Origin: an uncultured delta proteobacterium
GTDB lineage: Bacteria > Desulfobacterota > Binatia > HRBIN30 > BPIQ01
Assembly: GCA_963761335.1 (NCBI GenBank)
Contig: CAVXGR010000018.1
Span: forward strand, 576,001-640,000
Length of the DNA stretch: 64,000 bases
Direction of reading: 5' to 3'
Numbering within the stretch: the stretch's first letter is position 1; each line of letters begins with the position of its first letter. The position numbers and the translations under genes were made by a program. The notes beneath the pieces are model-generated. The model searched no databases. It had not been told where the DNA came from and was given only the letters and a program-made list of their open reading frames with translations. Shown here in pieces: positions 48,133 through 58,101 of this stretch.

Positions 48133-48224
48133 CTCATTCTCGTCCCGTCGTTTTCCATTTCTCTGAAGGGTGCGGGAATCACCGCAGCGCGCAGAGCAAT
48201 GGAAAACGACGGCACGAGAATGAG
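48133..48224. repeat. Palindromic intergenic repeat (family copy 1)
   Basis: ccgtcgttttccatttctctg ... cagagcaatggaaaacgacgg, flanked by ctcattct/agaatgag; between convergent genes. Confidence 0.85.
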
Positions 48225-48243
48225 AACCGGGAACGGAGAACCG

Positions 48244-48996
48244 TTACGACTGCAGCAGCTGGTTCAGCGCCTTGGTGCGGGCGTCGCGCACCAGCATCAC
48301 GTTGCGGATGGCTTCGCGGCAGCGCCGTTGTACCACGGGGCTGCCGGCCACCTTGCGAAAGAGCGCCTCGGCCTTGTCGCCGTGATCGGTCTCCGCATAG
48401 GCGTGCACGGCGAAGTTGCGGACTTCCATGCCGTAGTGCGCCTTCAATCCCTCGTAGAGGGTGCGCGCATAGCCCGAGCGCGCCGCCAGCCGCTCGCCGG
48501 CGAAGCCGAAGACGGCGATGCCCTCCTCGTACGAGCGGCGGATGTAATAGAGCATGGTGAAGGTGGTGGCGACGGTGTCGGGAAGAGGCACGTAGGCCTC
48601 GAGCTCCTCGGCGCTGATCCCCAGCTGCTGGCACCACTCCCACTTCATCTCCACGTGGTTCGGGTCGCCGAGGTAGCCGCTCTCGTCGGCGAAGTTCTGC
48701 GTCCAGTGCCCGTAGTGCTCCGAGCCGGCCATGGTGAGCGCGTCGGCGTCTGGAGCGTTGGCGATGAGGATGGCGAACTCCGGCGTCATCCACTTTCCGA
48801 GGTAGTAGTATTCCTTGGCCAGCGTCTTCACCACCGGCAACGGTGCGCTGCCGGCGCCGACGGCGGCGGTGATCTCGTCGCGGGTTACCATGATCTCGGC
48901 GATCATGCGGTCGAGGTCGGCGAGGTACTCATCGACCGGCATGGCGGTCTCCGCGGCGGTGTTTTTGATGACGTTCTTGAACCCGCTATCGGCCAT
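48244..48996 (-). CDS. TenA/PqqC (heme-oxygenase-like) iron-containing redox protein
   Basis: NFADESG....PNH...W...LG, GE and F.VHAYAETDHG metal-ligand pattern. Confidence 0.8.
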   Translation of the reverse strand: MADSGFKNVIKNTAAETAMPVDEYLADLDRMIAEIMVTRDEITAAVGAGSAPLPVVKTLAKEYYYLGKWMTPEFAILIANAPDADALTMAGSEHYGHWTQNFADESGYLGDPNHVEMKWEWCQQLGISAEELEAYVPLPDTVATTFTMLYYIRRSYEEGIAVFGFAGERLAARSGYARTLYEGLKAHYGMEVRNFAVHAYAETDHGDKAEALFRKVAGSPVVQRRCREAIRNVMLVRDARTKALNQLLQS

Positions 48997-49099
48997 CGGA
49001 AGCCCTCCCTTCTCACAGGACACGAGTCGCCGGGCCCTTGTCAAGCGGCGCTTGCGACCGTGCTCGCTTCGGGTGTAAGCCCCGTGGGCGGAGGGACCG

Positions 49100-49885
49100 A
49101 TGCGACTGAAAGACAAGGTAGCCGTCATCACCGGAGCGGGGCAGGGGATCGGCAAGGCCTACGCCCACCGCTTCGCGCGCGAAGGCGCGAAGATCGTCAT
49201 CGCCGAGGTGAACGAGGAGAACGGCCGCCGGACCGAAGAGGAGGTCCGCGGCGCCGGCGCCGAGGCGTTCTTCATCCGCACCGACGTCTCCAGCGAGCAG
49301 AGCTGCGGCGCGATGGCGGAGAAAGTGGCCGAGCATTTCGGCCGCATCGACATCCTGCTGAACAACGCCGCGATCTTCTACGGATTGGACCGGGAAAATC
49401 ACTCTCTCGAGTACTTCAACCGCATTCTCTCGGTGAACCTGACCGGCGTGTGGCTCTGCACCCGCGCCGTCGAGCGCTTCATGAAGCGCCAGGGGAAGGG
49501 CAAGATCATCAATCAGTCCTCGACGGCGGCCTACATGGGCAACGTCGGCTTCGTCGACACCACGGACCCGGACAAACCCTCCCCGCCGTTCCATTACAGC
49601 GTGGCGAAGATGGGCGTCGGCGGCCTGACCAAGTACTTCGCCGGCGCCCTCGGGCCGTGGGGTATCAACGTCAACGCCATCGCTCCGGGGGTGACGATGA
49701 CCGAGGCCACCAAGACCGTGGTGCCCGAGGAGATGATCAATACGCTGGTGATGTTCACTGCGCTGCGCAAGCCGCTGCAGCCGGAGGACCTGACCGGCAC
49801 GGCGGTGTTCCTGGCGTCCGAGGACAGCGACATGATGACCGGGCAGGTGCTGGTCGTCGATGCCGGCATGATCATGCTGGGTTAG
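49100..49885 (+). CDS. SDR family oxidoreductase
   Basis: TGAGQGIG, NNAA, YSVAK and VNAIAPG. Confidence 0.95.
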   Translation: MRLKDKVAVITGAGQGIGKAYAHRFAREGAKIVIAEVNEENGRRTEEEVRGAGAEAFFIRTDVSSEQSCGAMAEKVAEHFGRIDILLNNAAIFYGLDRENHSLEYFNRILSVNLTGVWLCTRAVERFMKRQGKGKIINQSSTAAYMGNVGFVDTTDPDKPSPPFHYSVAKMGVGGLTKYFAGALGPWGINVNAIAPGVTMTEATKTVVPEEMINTLVMFTALRKPLQPEDLTGTAVFLASEDSDMMTGQVLVVDAGMIMLG

Positions 49886-49895
49886 GGGGAAATCG

Positions 49896-51767
49896 ATGAG
49901 CGGATGGCGGTTGGTGACTGTGGCGGTGGCGCTCGCGGGCGCCGCCGCGTGGAGCGGATGCGATGACGGCGGCGTCATCCTGCTGGCGACACCGACGGCA
50001 GCGGCCCCGCCGTCGGTAACTGCGGTTGCCGCGACGGCCACGGCGGCGCCACCTACCGAGACGCCGGAGGCCACGGTCACGGCGACGGCCGAGGCGAGCC
50101 CCACGGTGGTTGGCGGCGGCGAGCTGCGCGTCGGCGTTGCCGCCATCAAGCTCACGCCCTGCGGCACCAATCCCGACTGGGATGGGCCGATCACCGCGAG
50201 CGGCGTGTGGGGAGAGCAGTTCACCGATACCAACGGCAACGGCCGCTGGGATATGGGCGAGGAGTTCGTCGACGACCCGGTGAACACCGAGCTCGACGCG
50301 CGCTCGGCCGGCAAGTACGACGGCATCTTCATGGCCGGCTTCGGCAACGATCGCATCGCCACCGGCTGCCATGACGATACCTGGGCTCGCGCTCTCGTGC
50401 TGCAGAGCGGCGATACCAAGGTCGCCATGGTGAGTGTGGATTTCGTCGGCGAGGTCTACTACGGGTCCTACTACGGATTTGCGCACGCCCAGGACATGGT
50501 CGATTCCACACTGGGCATCGATGCCTTCGTCTTCAGCAGCACCCACGACCACCAGGCGCCCGACAGCCTCGGCCTCTGGGGGGTCGACGAGCTCACCGAC
50601 GGCAAGTTCCCGCGTTACCTGCAGTTCGTCGACCGCGAGGTGGCGCGCGCCATCAGCGAGGCGGCGGCGCCGGAGGCGATGCGGCCGGTGCACGTGATCG
50701 CGGCGCAGACGGATCCCTCGCAGTCACCCGGCCTGCGCGGCCTGCAGGTGCGCACCGGTTGCCGGCCGCCGTTCTTCTTCGACGAGGAGGCGCGCGCCCT
50801 GCAGTTCGTCGACGCCGACGGGCAGACGGTCGCCACCCTGGTGAACTGGAACACCCATCCGGAGTCGCTCGAGGACGCCAACACCCTGGTGACCTCCGAC
50901 TTCATCCACTACATCCGCCAGCGAGTCGAGAGCGAGCTCGGCGGCACGGCCGTGTACTTCACCGGCGACCTCGGCGCCGTGGAGATCGTCGGCGATACCT
51001 GCGTGGGCGGCGCTCCACCGCACGAGAACGACGGCAGCAACCCCTTCGACAAGCGCGACGACCTCGGCTTTGCGCGCACCGAGATGCTCGGCGACCTGGT
51101 CGGCGACGCCGTGGTCGGGGCGCTGCGCCAGGGGCAGTCTCTGGATGCGGTCAACGTGCAGGTGGCGCGGCAGGACTATCACATCGCCGGAACCAACGCG
51201 GCCTTTGCGCTGGCCAATGCGGTTGGCGTGCTCGACCTCGACATGGACCGCTTCAGCGTCGACAACTGCCCGAGCGGCACCGTCATTTGCGTTCCCGTCG
51301 AGCAGCACCTGGTGACGCTGGCCGATGCCCAGAACCAGCCGCTGGCGCAGATCGTCACGGCGCCCGGCGAGCTGTTTCCGGAGCTCTTCTACGGCACGGC
51401 GCAACACCACCGCACCGACTGCCCGCAGGCGGACACGGGCCTGGCGTACGAGCCGTCGCTGCGCGACGGCATGAGCGCGCCGTACCGCTTTCTCGTCGGC
51501 CTCTCCCCGGACGAGCTCGGATACATCGTCCCCGGGTACGACTTCCGTGCCGAGGCGGAGCCCTTCGCCGAGGCGCCCGACCCGTGTCAGGGGCAGAACT
51601 TCGATCCGCAGGTGCCGCGCCGCACGGTGCCGGCGCACTACCACGAGAGCCTTTCCGTCGGCGTCGACATCGCCGCCACCACCACCTGCTACGGTCTGCG
51701 GCTGCTGGGCCGCGACGACGAGGTGAACGCCAACGCCGCCTGCCAGCGAGTCCTCGGCGCGCCGTGA
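49896..51767 (+). CDS. Neutral/alkaline ceramidase-like lipoprotein
   Basis: Lipobox-like WSGC; AGFG, HDD.WARAL, STHDH.APD, NWNTHPE, SDF, PGELFPE and DELGYI. Confidence 0.75.
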   Translation: MSGWRLVTVAVALAGAAAWSGCDDGGVILLATPTAAAPPSVTAVAATATAAPPTETPEATVTATAEASPTVVGGGELRVGVAAIKLTPCGTNPDWDGPITASGVWGEQFTDTNGNGRWDMGEEFVDDPVNTELDARSAGKYDGIFMAGFGNDRIATGCHDDTWARALVLQSGDTKVAMVSVDFVGEVYYGSYYGFAHAQDMVDSTLGIDAFVFSSTHDHQAPDSLGLWGVDELTDGKFPRYLQFVDREVARAISEAAAPEAMRPVHVIAAQTDPSQSPGLRGLQVRTGCRPPFFFDEEARALQFVDADGQTVATLVNWNTHPESLEDANTLVTSDFIHYIRQRVESELGGTAVYFTGDLGAVEIVGDTCVGGAPPHENDGSNPFDKRDDLGFARTEMLGDLVGDAVVGALRQGQSLDAVNVQVARQDYHIAGTNAAFALANAVGVLDLDMDRFSVDNCPSGTVICVPVEQHLVTLADAQNQPLAQIVTAPGELFPELFYGTAQHHRTDCPQADTGLAYEPSLRDGMSAPYRFLVGLSPDELGYIVPGYDFRAEAEPFAEAPDPCQGQNFDPQVPRRTVPAHYHESLSVGVDIAATTTCYGLRLLGRDDEVNANAACQRVLGAP

Positions 51768-52390
51768 GCCGTCTGCCGGCGCTTGCGGCCGCGTTCCTGG
51801 GGATCGGGCTCGTCGCCGCGTCCCCGGCCGCGGCCCACATCCCGTCGCTGCGCGGGCACCTCATCGAGCTGGTGCGCGGCAGCGACCTGGTGGTCGCCGG
51901 GACGGTTCTCTCCGAAGCCGCTGATGGGCCTGGCCGTCGCCTGACCACCATCCGCGTCGAGTCGGTGCTCGCCGGCAAGGCCGAGGAGAAGCAGCTGCGC
52001 TTTCGCGGCCGGACGCGGTTCGTGCCGCAGCGCCGCTATGTCTTCTTCCTGCAGCGCGCCGGCGATGTCATCGAGTGCCCGCAGGGATCCGGGACGCTCT
52101 TCCCGGCATCGGCGGAGGATGACGCCGCCTACCGCGCCGCCGTCGACCGCATCCGCCGCGCCCTCGGCCAGCCGCCGGACCTCCAGGCCGAGGCCATGCG
52201 TGCGGCCCTGATCGCCACGCTCACCGCGACGCCGCAGTCATTGCGCTACCACGCCGCCTTCGATCTCGCCGCCGTCGGCAGCCACGACGGGCCGCCAACG
52301 CTGGCGCAGCGGGCGGCGCTCAACCGCCTCCTCGACGACCCGCAGCTCGATCCGGCGCTGCGGCCCTTTCTCACGGCGCTGCTGCGCTAG
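51764..52390 (+). CDS. Hypothetical exported protein
   Basis: GTG overlapping the upstream stop; signal peptide (…SPAAA); LVRGSDLVVAGTV pattern. Confidence 0.65.
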   Translation: MSRLPALAAAFLGIGLVAASPAAAHIPSLRGHLIELVRGSDLVVAGTVLSEAADGPGRRLTTIRVESVLAGKAEEKQLRFRGRTRFVPQRRYVFFLQRAGDVIECPQGSGTLFPASAEDDAAYRAAVDRIRRALGQPPDLQAEAMRAALIATLTATPQSLRYHAAFDLAAVGSHDGPPTLAQRAALNRLLDDPQLDPALRPFLTALLR

Positions 52391-52580
52391 CTGGGAACAA
52401 GGTCGGCAGCAGGGGGGCAGTGCCTCATGAGCCTGCGGCTCGCACCAGGCGACGAAGATCGCCGGCCCACGGCTGCGTCTCTCATCGAGGCCGGGGCGCT
52501 GCCCGGCGAAAGGGTCGCGCGCGGGCTTTGCCCGCGCCCTGGGGTCTGGACGTTTCCTCTCGGTGCGGCGGTGCGGCTCT

Positions 52581-52661
52581 CGCCCCGCAGGGGCGCAGGC
52601 ATGTGGCCCCGGGTGCAACCCGGGGGAATCGCGGCGCAATCCGATGCGCCCCGTCAGGGGC
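52581..52661. repeat. REP-like unit related to the 42985-43204 element
   Basis: cgccccgcaggggcgcaggcatgtggccccgggtgcaacccggggga...cgccccgtcaggggc. Confidence 0.7.
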
Positions 52662-52676
52662 GCGGGATCGCGCGAT

Positions 52677-53447
52677 TCACTCCCGGCGCGCCACCAGAAC
52701 CCGCTCGCTGAGCTCGGCAGTCGTCGCGGTCTGCCGTCCGCGGATCTCCTCCAGCCGGCATTCGACCTGCCGTCGCACGTCTTCTTCGGCGATGCTCAGC
52801 CAACGGATGCGCAGCCATTCCTCGAGCGCCGCCCAGTCCACGCGAAACGGCTCCTCGCGTACCTCCGCGACCAATCCGATGCGGCCACATGCCGTCAGCG
52901 CCCGAGATTCGTCGTCCTCAACGGCGCGCATGCGGGACGAGGAGAAGACCGGCTGGAGCTCCTGCCGATCCTCGGCAGTGAGCATCCAGGCCAGGGGATT
53001 CTGCCGCCCGGCGGAGCCGACCGTGGCGATCAGCCGTCCGCCATTGGCGAGCACGCGCCGCACCTCGGCGATGCAGGCGTCCATGTCGCTCATCAGCAGC
53101 AGCACGTGGCTCATGAAGACGAGATCGAAGACCCCAGAGCGGAAGGGCAGCGCCAGGGCGTCGGCACGCAGCAGTGGCGCCGAGGGTGGCAGCCGGCGGT
53201 GCGCCTCGGCCAGCATCGCCGGGGAGAGATCGACGCCGTGGGCACGGCGGGCGCCCGGGCGCCCCTCCAGAGTGGAGAGAAAGGCGCCGTTGCCGCAGCC
53301 GAGGTCGAGCAGGCGTCCGCTGATCTCGCTCTCGCCGAAGGCCGCCCGCAGCATGGCCTCGCGCCGCGCACGGAAGTACGCCCCCTCGCCGTAGACCGGT
53401 GCCAGGCGGTCGTAATAGGTGGCGACCACGCCCTCACGATCGTCCAT
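52677..53447 (-). CDS. Class I SAM-dependent methyltransferase
   Basis: LLDLGCGNG, GVDLSPAML, ADALALPF..GVFDLV and EVRRVL..GG. Confidence 0.9.
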   Translation of the reverse strand: MDDREGVVATYYDRLAPVYGEGAYFRARREAMLRAAFGESEISGRLLDLGCGNGAFLSTLEGRPGARRAHGVDLSPAMLAEAHRRLPPSAPLLRADALALPFRSGVFDLVFMSHVLLLMSDMDACIAEVRRVLANGGRLIATVGSAGRQNPLAWMLTAEDRQELQPVFSSSRMRAVEDDESRALTACGRIGLVAEVREEPFRVDWAALEEWLRIRWLSIAEEDVRRQVECRLEEIRGRQTATTAELSERVLVARRE

Positions 53448-53588
53448 GAACGATGTTAAAGCGGCGCTGCGGGACGCCGTCAATCTGGACAGCCGTGTTG
53501 TGGTCGTTGCGCCTCCGACGGCAGTCGGGCCCAGCTGCTGCCGGGCGACGTGCGCGTGCACAGCGAGGTGCGCTGCGGCTCCGCTCCC

Positions 53589-56075
53589 TCAGTTCATCAC
53601 CTTGGCGCGCAGGTGACCGGCGGAGTTCTGTTGGATGCTCTCCGTCGGGAAGCGGCCCTCGAAGCAGATGCCGTTGCTGGCGTTGGTGATCTGCGCCACC
53701 AGCGGCGGGGTGACCCCGCTCAGGACCGGGCGGGGGAGATTCATGCCGCCGCCGCGAACCACGATGCGGCTGCGATCGAGATCGCTCCCCTTGAGGACGA
53801 TCCGCTTCACTCCACCCGCTGATTGGGTTGGGTCGACGTAGCGGTAGCCGCTCTTGATCGGCTTCCATGCCGTGCCCGGAGGAACCTGCATGCCCATGAC
53901 CGCTCCGCGCGTGTCGTACAGGCAGAAGACATAGGCGGCGGTCGCCGTGGGGTCGGCGAAGTCGGACTGCGTCGTCGGCTGACCGCGGAGCCACTTCCAG
54001 AGCAGCATGTCGCGCCCCTCGAGCTCGGCGTGTTGCTGCACGAAGAGCACGCTCTTGCCGGCGGCGCGGCAGCCACTTCTGGGCGCCGTGCCGCACGCCG
54101 GGTCGGGCGTTGGCGTGCTGCTCGGAGGCCCCGTGGGAGTCAGGGTCGGAAAAACGGCGCCGACGTTGACGCTGATGTGGCCGAGATTGGAGTCGATCGA
54201 TCCGTCCCAGGCGGCGAAGGAAAAGGAGTCGGTGCCGCTGAACCCGGTTTCAGGGAAATAGGTTGCGGTGGTGCCGGTGAGGCCGACGGTGCCGTGCGAC
54301 GGCTGCGATACGATGCGGAAGGCCAGCGGGTTACCGTCGGCATCGGTGCCGACGAGCCCGATGCTCCCCGGCATGCCGATGAAGGTGACCAGCGAGCCGT
54401 CGCTTACCGCCGGGGCGCGGTTGGGATTGCGCGACTCGTTGCTCGGCCCGAGGTGGCAGGCGTAGCAGCCGATCTGAAATCCGCGCCAGAAGGTCTTGTT
54501 GCCGAGCTCAGTGGCGAGAATGCGATCCGCCTGCGAGCGCGACAGCACCGTGCCGCGGTAGTCGCTGCCGTGGCAGGCGCGGCACTGCGACGTGCCACCC
54601 TGCTCGGCGGCGGACTGGTGCTGCTGCACCCAGGCGTTGCCGATCGGGTGCATGCCGTGCGGTCCACCGGTCACGGTGGCCGGCTGGGTGGCGTGGCAGC
54701 CGGAGCATTCGGAGAGCATTCCGGAATGCCCCTGGCGCTGAATGCTCTGGATGTTGTCGTTGCCGTGGATGGACGGGAAGACGGCGTGGGTCGAGCCGTG
54801 ACACGCCTCGCACTTCAAGCCGCCGTGGCCGGCGGAGAAGCGATAGAGGGAGAGACCTGGTGCGGGGGTATCGCTGTTGGTGGCGAAGGTCGAGTCGACC
54901 GCGACCCGTGGAACCCCGGGGGTGGTGAACACCGATGTGTAGCGGATCTGACCGTTGTTGTGGGAAGCCGTTCCGGTGTGGCATTCCTGACAGCTCGGCT
55001 CGTTGAGCCAGCCGGTGCGCGACGGGCTGGCCACCTCGCTCATGGTGCCGTGGCAGCTCTGACATTGAATCGCCAGCGTGCCGTCGGCGGCGACCGAGGC
55101 GCCCATGGCGCCGCGCAGGCATCGCGTGTCCGACCCGGGGTGACAGCGGTAGCACGCCGAGCGGTTGAGCGTGGATCCCAATGTCATTCCCGTCACCGGA
55201 TCCTCCACGTTCGCGTGCAGGCCGTGCAGGGACTGCGTCAGCGGCGCGACTCCGGGCGCGCCGCCGCCGCCGAGCGCCTCCGACGAGTGGCAGCGGGCAC
55301 AGAGGATCGAGGTGCCGCCCTGGACCGTGGCCATCAGTCCGTCGGTGTTGTAGCCGGCGAAGGAGAGAGCTCCGGAGTACGCCGGGTTCGCCGCCTGTCG
55401 CTCGTCGTGCAGCTGGATGATGTTGAGGCGCATTTCGCGCTCGGGGTTGGGGTCGTTCGTCCAGCCGGCCCCCGGGCGCGCCGCCGGAGCGGATCCGGAG
55501 GCGTGGCAGCTCTTGCAGCTCATCTCGTCAGAGATCGGCAGGACGATGTCGGTGGTCGCCAGCACCGCGCCGCCGCTATCGCGCGCCACCAGGTGCATGA
55601 GCGGGTAGTAGTTCTTCTGCCCGGCGTCGTCATAGGGCGTCAGGGGAATGCCCTCCGCGATCCACCACGACGAGGCGACGTCGAACGACATTGCTTGCGG
55701 CTCGTTGGTCGGGCCGGGCATGTCCTTGCCCAGTAGGCCCTGGTCGGGGCCCAGGGCGACACCGAACAGCGACAGCGAGTACTGCCAGAAGTTGAGCTTG
55801 TTCTGCGAGGTGGCGTTGATCGAGCCGTTTGGGTCAGCGTTCGCCTCGTAGGTGACGGTGATGCCGGTCGCATCCGTGACCAGGTGGCCCTGCGGATCGA
55901 TGAGCTGCGCGTGGATGGTGTTGTACGGGGGCAAGAGGGAGAAGACGGAGAAGTCGCCGTCGGTACAGTGCATCCCCAGGTTGTTCCAGCCGACCAGCGT
56001 CCACGGAGCTGCGTTTGCCGGGGCCGCTGTGCAGATGGCGAGAACGATGAGGCCGCTTTTCCAGAACCTTGCCAT
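53589..56075 (-). CDS. Secreted nine-heme c-type cytochrome with Ig-like domain, PT linker and conserved C-terminal domain
   Basis: ATG 56075, signal peptide, WNNLGMHC...LPPYNT N-domain; nine CxxCH motifs (CKSCH, CARCH, CYRCH, CQSCH, CQECH, CEACH, CSGCH, CRACH, CYACH); DADG..L...IVSQP.HG Ig-like repeat. Confidence 0.9.
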   Translation of the reverse strand: MARFWKSGLIVLAICTAAPANAAPWTLVGWNNLGMHCTDGDFSVFSLLPPYNTIHAQLIDPQGHLVTDATGITVTYEANADPNGSINATSQNKLNFWQYSLSLFGVALGPDQGLLGKDMPGPTNEPQAMSFDVASSWWIAEGIPLTPYDDAGQKNYYPLMHLVARDSGGAVLATTDIVLPISDEMSCKSCHASGSAPAARPGAGWTNDPNPEREMRLNIIQLHDERQAANPAYSGALSFAGYNTDGLMATVQGGTSILCARCHSSEALGGGGAPGVAPLTQSLHGLHANVEDPVTGMTLGSTLNRSACYRCHPGSDTRCLRGAMGASVAADGTLAIQCQSCHGTMSEVASPSRTGWLNEPSCQECHTGTASHNNGQIRYTSVFTTPGVPRVAVDSTFATNSDTPAPGLSLYRFSAGHGGLKCEACHGSTHAVFPSIHGNDNIQSIQRQGHSGMLSECSGCHATQPATVTGGPHGMHPIGNAWVQQHQSAAEQGGTSQCRACHGSDYRGTVLSRSQADRILATELGNKTFWRGFQIGCYACHLGPSNESRNPNRAPAVSDGSLVTFIGMPGSIGLVGTDADGNPLAFRIVSQPSHGTVGLTGTTATYFPETGFSGTDSFSFAAWDGSIDSNLGHISVNVGAVFPTLTPTGPPSSTPTPDPACGTAPRSGCRAAGKSVLFVQQHAELEGRDMLLWKWLRGQPTTQSDFADPTATAAYVFCLYDTRGAVMGMQVPPGTAWKPIKSGYRYVDPTQSAGGVKRIVLKGSDLDRSRIVVRGGGMNLPRPVLSGVTPPLVAQITNASNGICFEGRFPTESIQQNSAGHLRAKVMN

Positions 56076-56504
56076 CGCACACCCTCCCGTAGGTGGCAGT
56101 GGAGTGAACGCACCCACCGCCACCGGCGCCTTCGCGCGAAACCGACCCAACTATCCAGTGCTTCCCGCTTGCAACGGTTGTGCCCAGAAATTCGCGGCGC
56201 GCTTCCTGGGGCGGCTGGCAGATGGTTCGCAAGGTTGAGGTTTGTCCGACTGCTGCTTTCTCGATCTCTCTCGGGTTTTTCGGGCTTTCGAAACGAGACT
56301 CGCGAGATCGCCCTCCCCAGACGCCGTAGATCGCTGGTGCTCTCGGGGATCTGGAACGCCGAGTGGCATTGCAGGCTCTATGATGCACACGAATGGGCGG
56401 CAGTCGGCAAGGAACGATCGGTCGGGACAGAGCCGTGTGTGCGTCGTCTGACGCCGATCCGCGCGCACTTGACGCCGGCGGCCCGATTGCGCTCAGGTCG
56501 GACC

Positions 56505-57986
56505 GTGCCGGCACCCCACTACGATCGGATGAGCGCCACGGACCTGGTCTTCCTCGAGCTCGAGGATGCGAGCGTCTCAATGCACATCGGCGCGGTGTGC
56601 ATCTTCGAAGGGCGCTCGCTGCTCGGAGCGCACGGGGCCCTCGACATCGAGCGCATGCAGGCGTTCATGGAGTCCTCCCTCGCAGGCAATCCTCGCTTCC
56701 GCCAGCGCCTCGCTCGCGTCCCGCTGCTCGAGCATCCGGTGTGGATCGACGATCCGCGCTTCAACCTGGGCTACCACGTCCACCACACGAGTCTGCCCCG
56801 TTCCGGCAGCGATCAGCAGCTGAAACGGCTGGCTGGTCGCCTCATGAGTCAACGGCTCGACCACGACAAACCCCTCTGGGAGATGTGGTTCGTCGACGGC
56901 CTCCAGGGGAACCGGGTCGCCCTGATCGCGAAGTTCCACCACTGCATGATCGACGGCATCGCCGGCGTCGACATTCTGGCCTCGATCCTGCGGCTCGATC
57001 GGGGCCGGCGTATTCCGAGGCCGGCGGCATGGACACCGCGCCCGGCGCCGAGCGGCGTGCGGCTACTGGTCGACGAAGTCCTCCGGCGCGCCGCGCTGCC
57101 CATCGATGCGTTGCGCACAGCCGGCGAGCTGCTGCGCGATCCGGGGCAAGCGATGGAGCGCTTGGGCAAGGCCGTGCGCGACTTCGCCGGAGCCGCGAGC
57201 GCAAACATGACCGTCGCCTCCGCCACGCCGCTGAACCGGACCGTCGGGCCGCACCGCAGCTTCGATTGGACACGCATCGATCTCGCTGCGGTGAAGGCGA
57301 TCAAGCAGCGCTTGGGCGGCACGGTGAACGACGTCGTGCTCACCGTCGTTGCCGGCGCCACCGGACGCTTTCTCGACCGCGCCGGCGTACCGATGGACGA
57401 CATCGACTTTCGAGTCAGCATGCCCGTCAACGTGCGCGGAGCAGGCGAACATGGGGCTTTGGGGAACCGGGTCGGCGTGTTGACCATCTCTTTGCCGGTC
57501 GCCGAGCGCAACTCGCGCCGTCGCCTGCAAACCGTCATCGATACCACGCAGGAGCTCAAGCGTTCCGGCCAGCTGCACGGCGTGGAGATGATTGCCGAGA
57601 TCAGCGATCGCCTCTTCCCACCGCTCGCCGGATGGCTGGCCTGGATCGCCGCGCGCGCCCGCATGTACAACCTGTCGGTGACCAACGTCCCGGGCCCGCA
57701 GGTGCCGGTCTACCTGCTCGGTGCGCGCCTGCTCGAGATCTATCCGCTCGCGTTTCTGTTCTCGCACCAGGCGCTGACCGTCGCCATCCTGAGCTATCGC
57801 GGTGAATTGTTCTGGACGTTGACCGCCGACCCCGTGGCGCTGCCGCACGTGCACGAGTTGATCGCCGCCACGGAAGCGGAGTTCGATGCCCTGGCCACGG
57901 CGGCTGGGGTGACCCGACCGAGGCGCGCCCGCGCGAGAACTGTACCTCGAGAGGGGAAGAAAAGGGGACATACCCCATCTGGATGA
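56505..57986 (+). CDS. Wax ester synthase/diacylglycerol acyltransferase (WS/DGAT)
   Basis: RMSATD..FL.LE...MH, PLWE, HHCMIDG active site, TVNDV and TNVPGP. Start is GTG 56505 or ATG 56529. Confidence 0.93.
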   Translation: MPAPHYDRMSATDLVFLELEDASVSMHIGAVCIFEGRSLLGAHGALDIERMQAFMESSLAGNPRFRQRLARVPLLEHPVWIDDPRFNLGYHVHHTSLPRSGSDQQLKRLAGRLMSQRLDHDKPLWEMWFVDGLQGNRVALIAKFHHCMIDGIAGVDILASILRLDRGRRIPRPAAWTPRPAPSGVRLLVDEVLRRAALPIDALRTAGELLRDPGQAMERLGKAVRDFAGAASANMTVASATPLNRTVGPHRSFDWTRIDLAAVKAIKQRLGGTVNDVVLTVVAGATGRFLDRAGVPMDDIDFRVSMPVNVRGAGEHGALGNRVGVLTISLPVAERNSRRRLQTVIDTTQELKRSGQLHGVEMIAEISDRLFPPLAGWLAWIAARARMYNLSVTNVPGPQVPVYLLGARLLEIYPLAFLFSHQALTVAILSYRGELFWTLTADPVALPHVHELIAATEAEFDALATAAGVTRPRRARARTVPREGKKRGHTPSG

Positions 57987-58101
57987 TCGCCGACGCCGAC
58001 GTAAAGGCACCTGAGCGTGACCGTGAACCCAACGGCGACGTGGGTGATCCGGGACTTGTTCTGGCACTTGAGTGTGCCGCCAAGCATGCGATACCTGGGT
58101 G

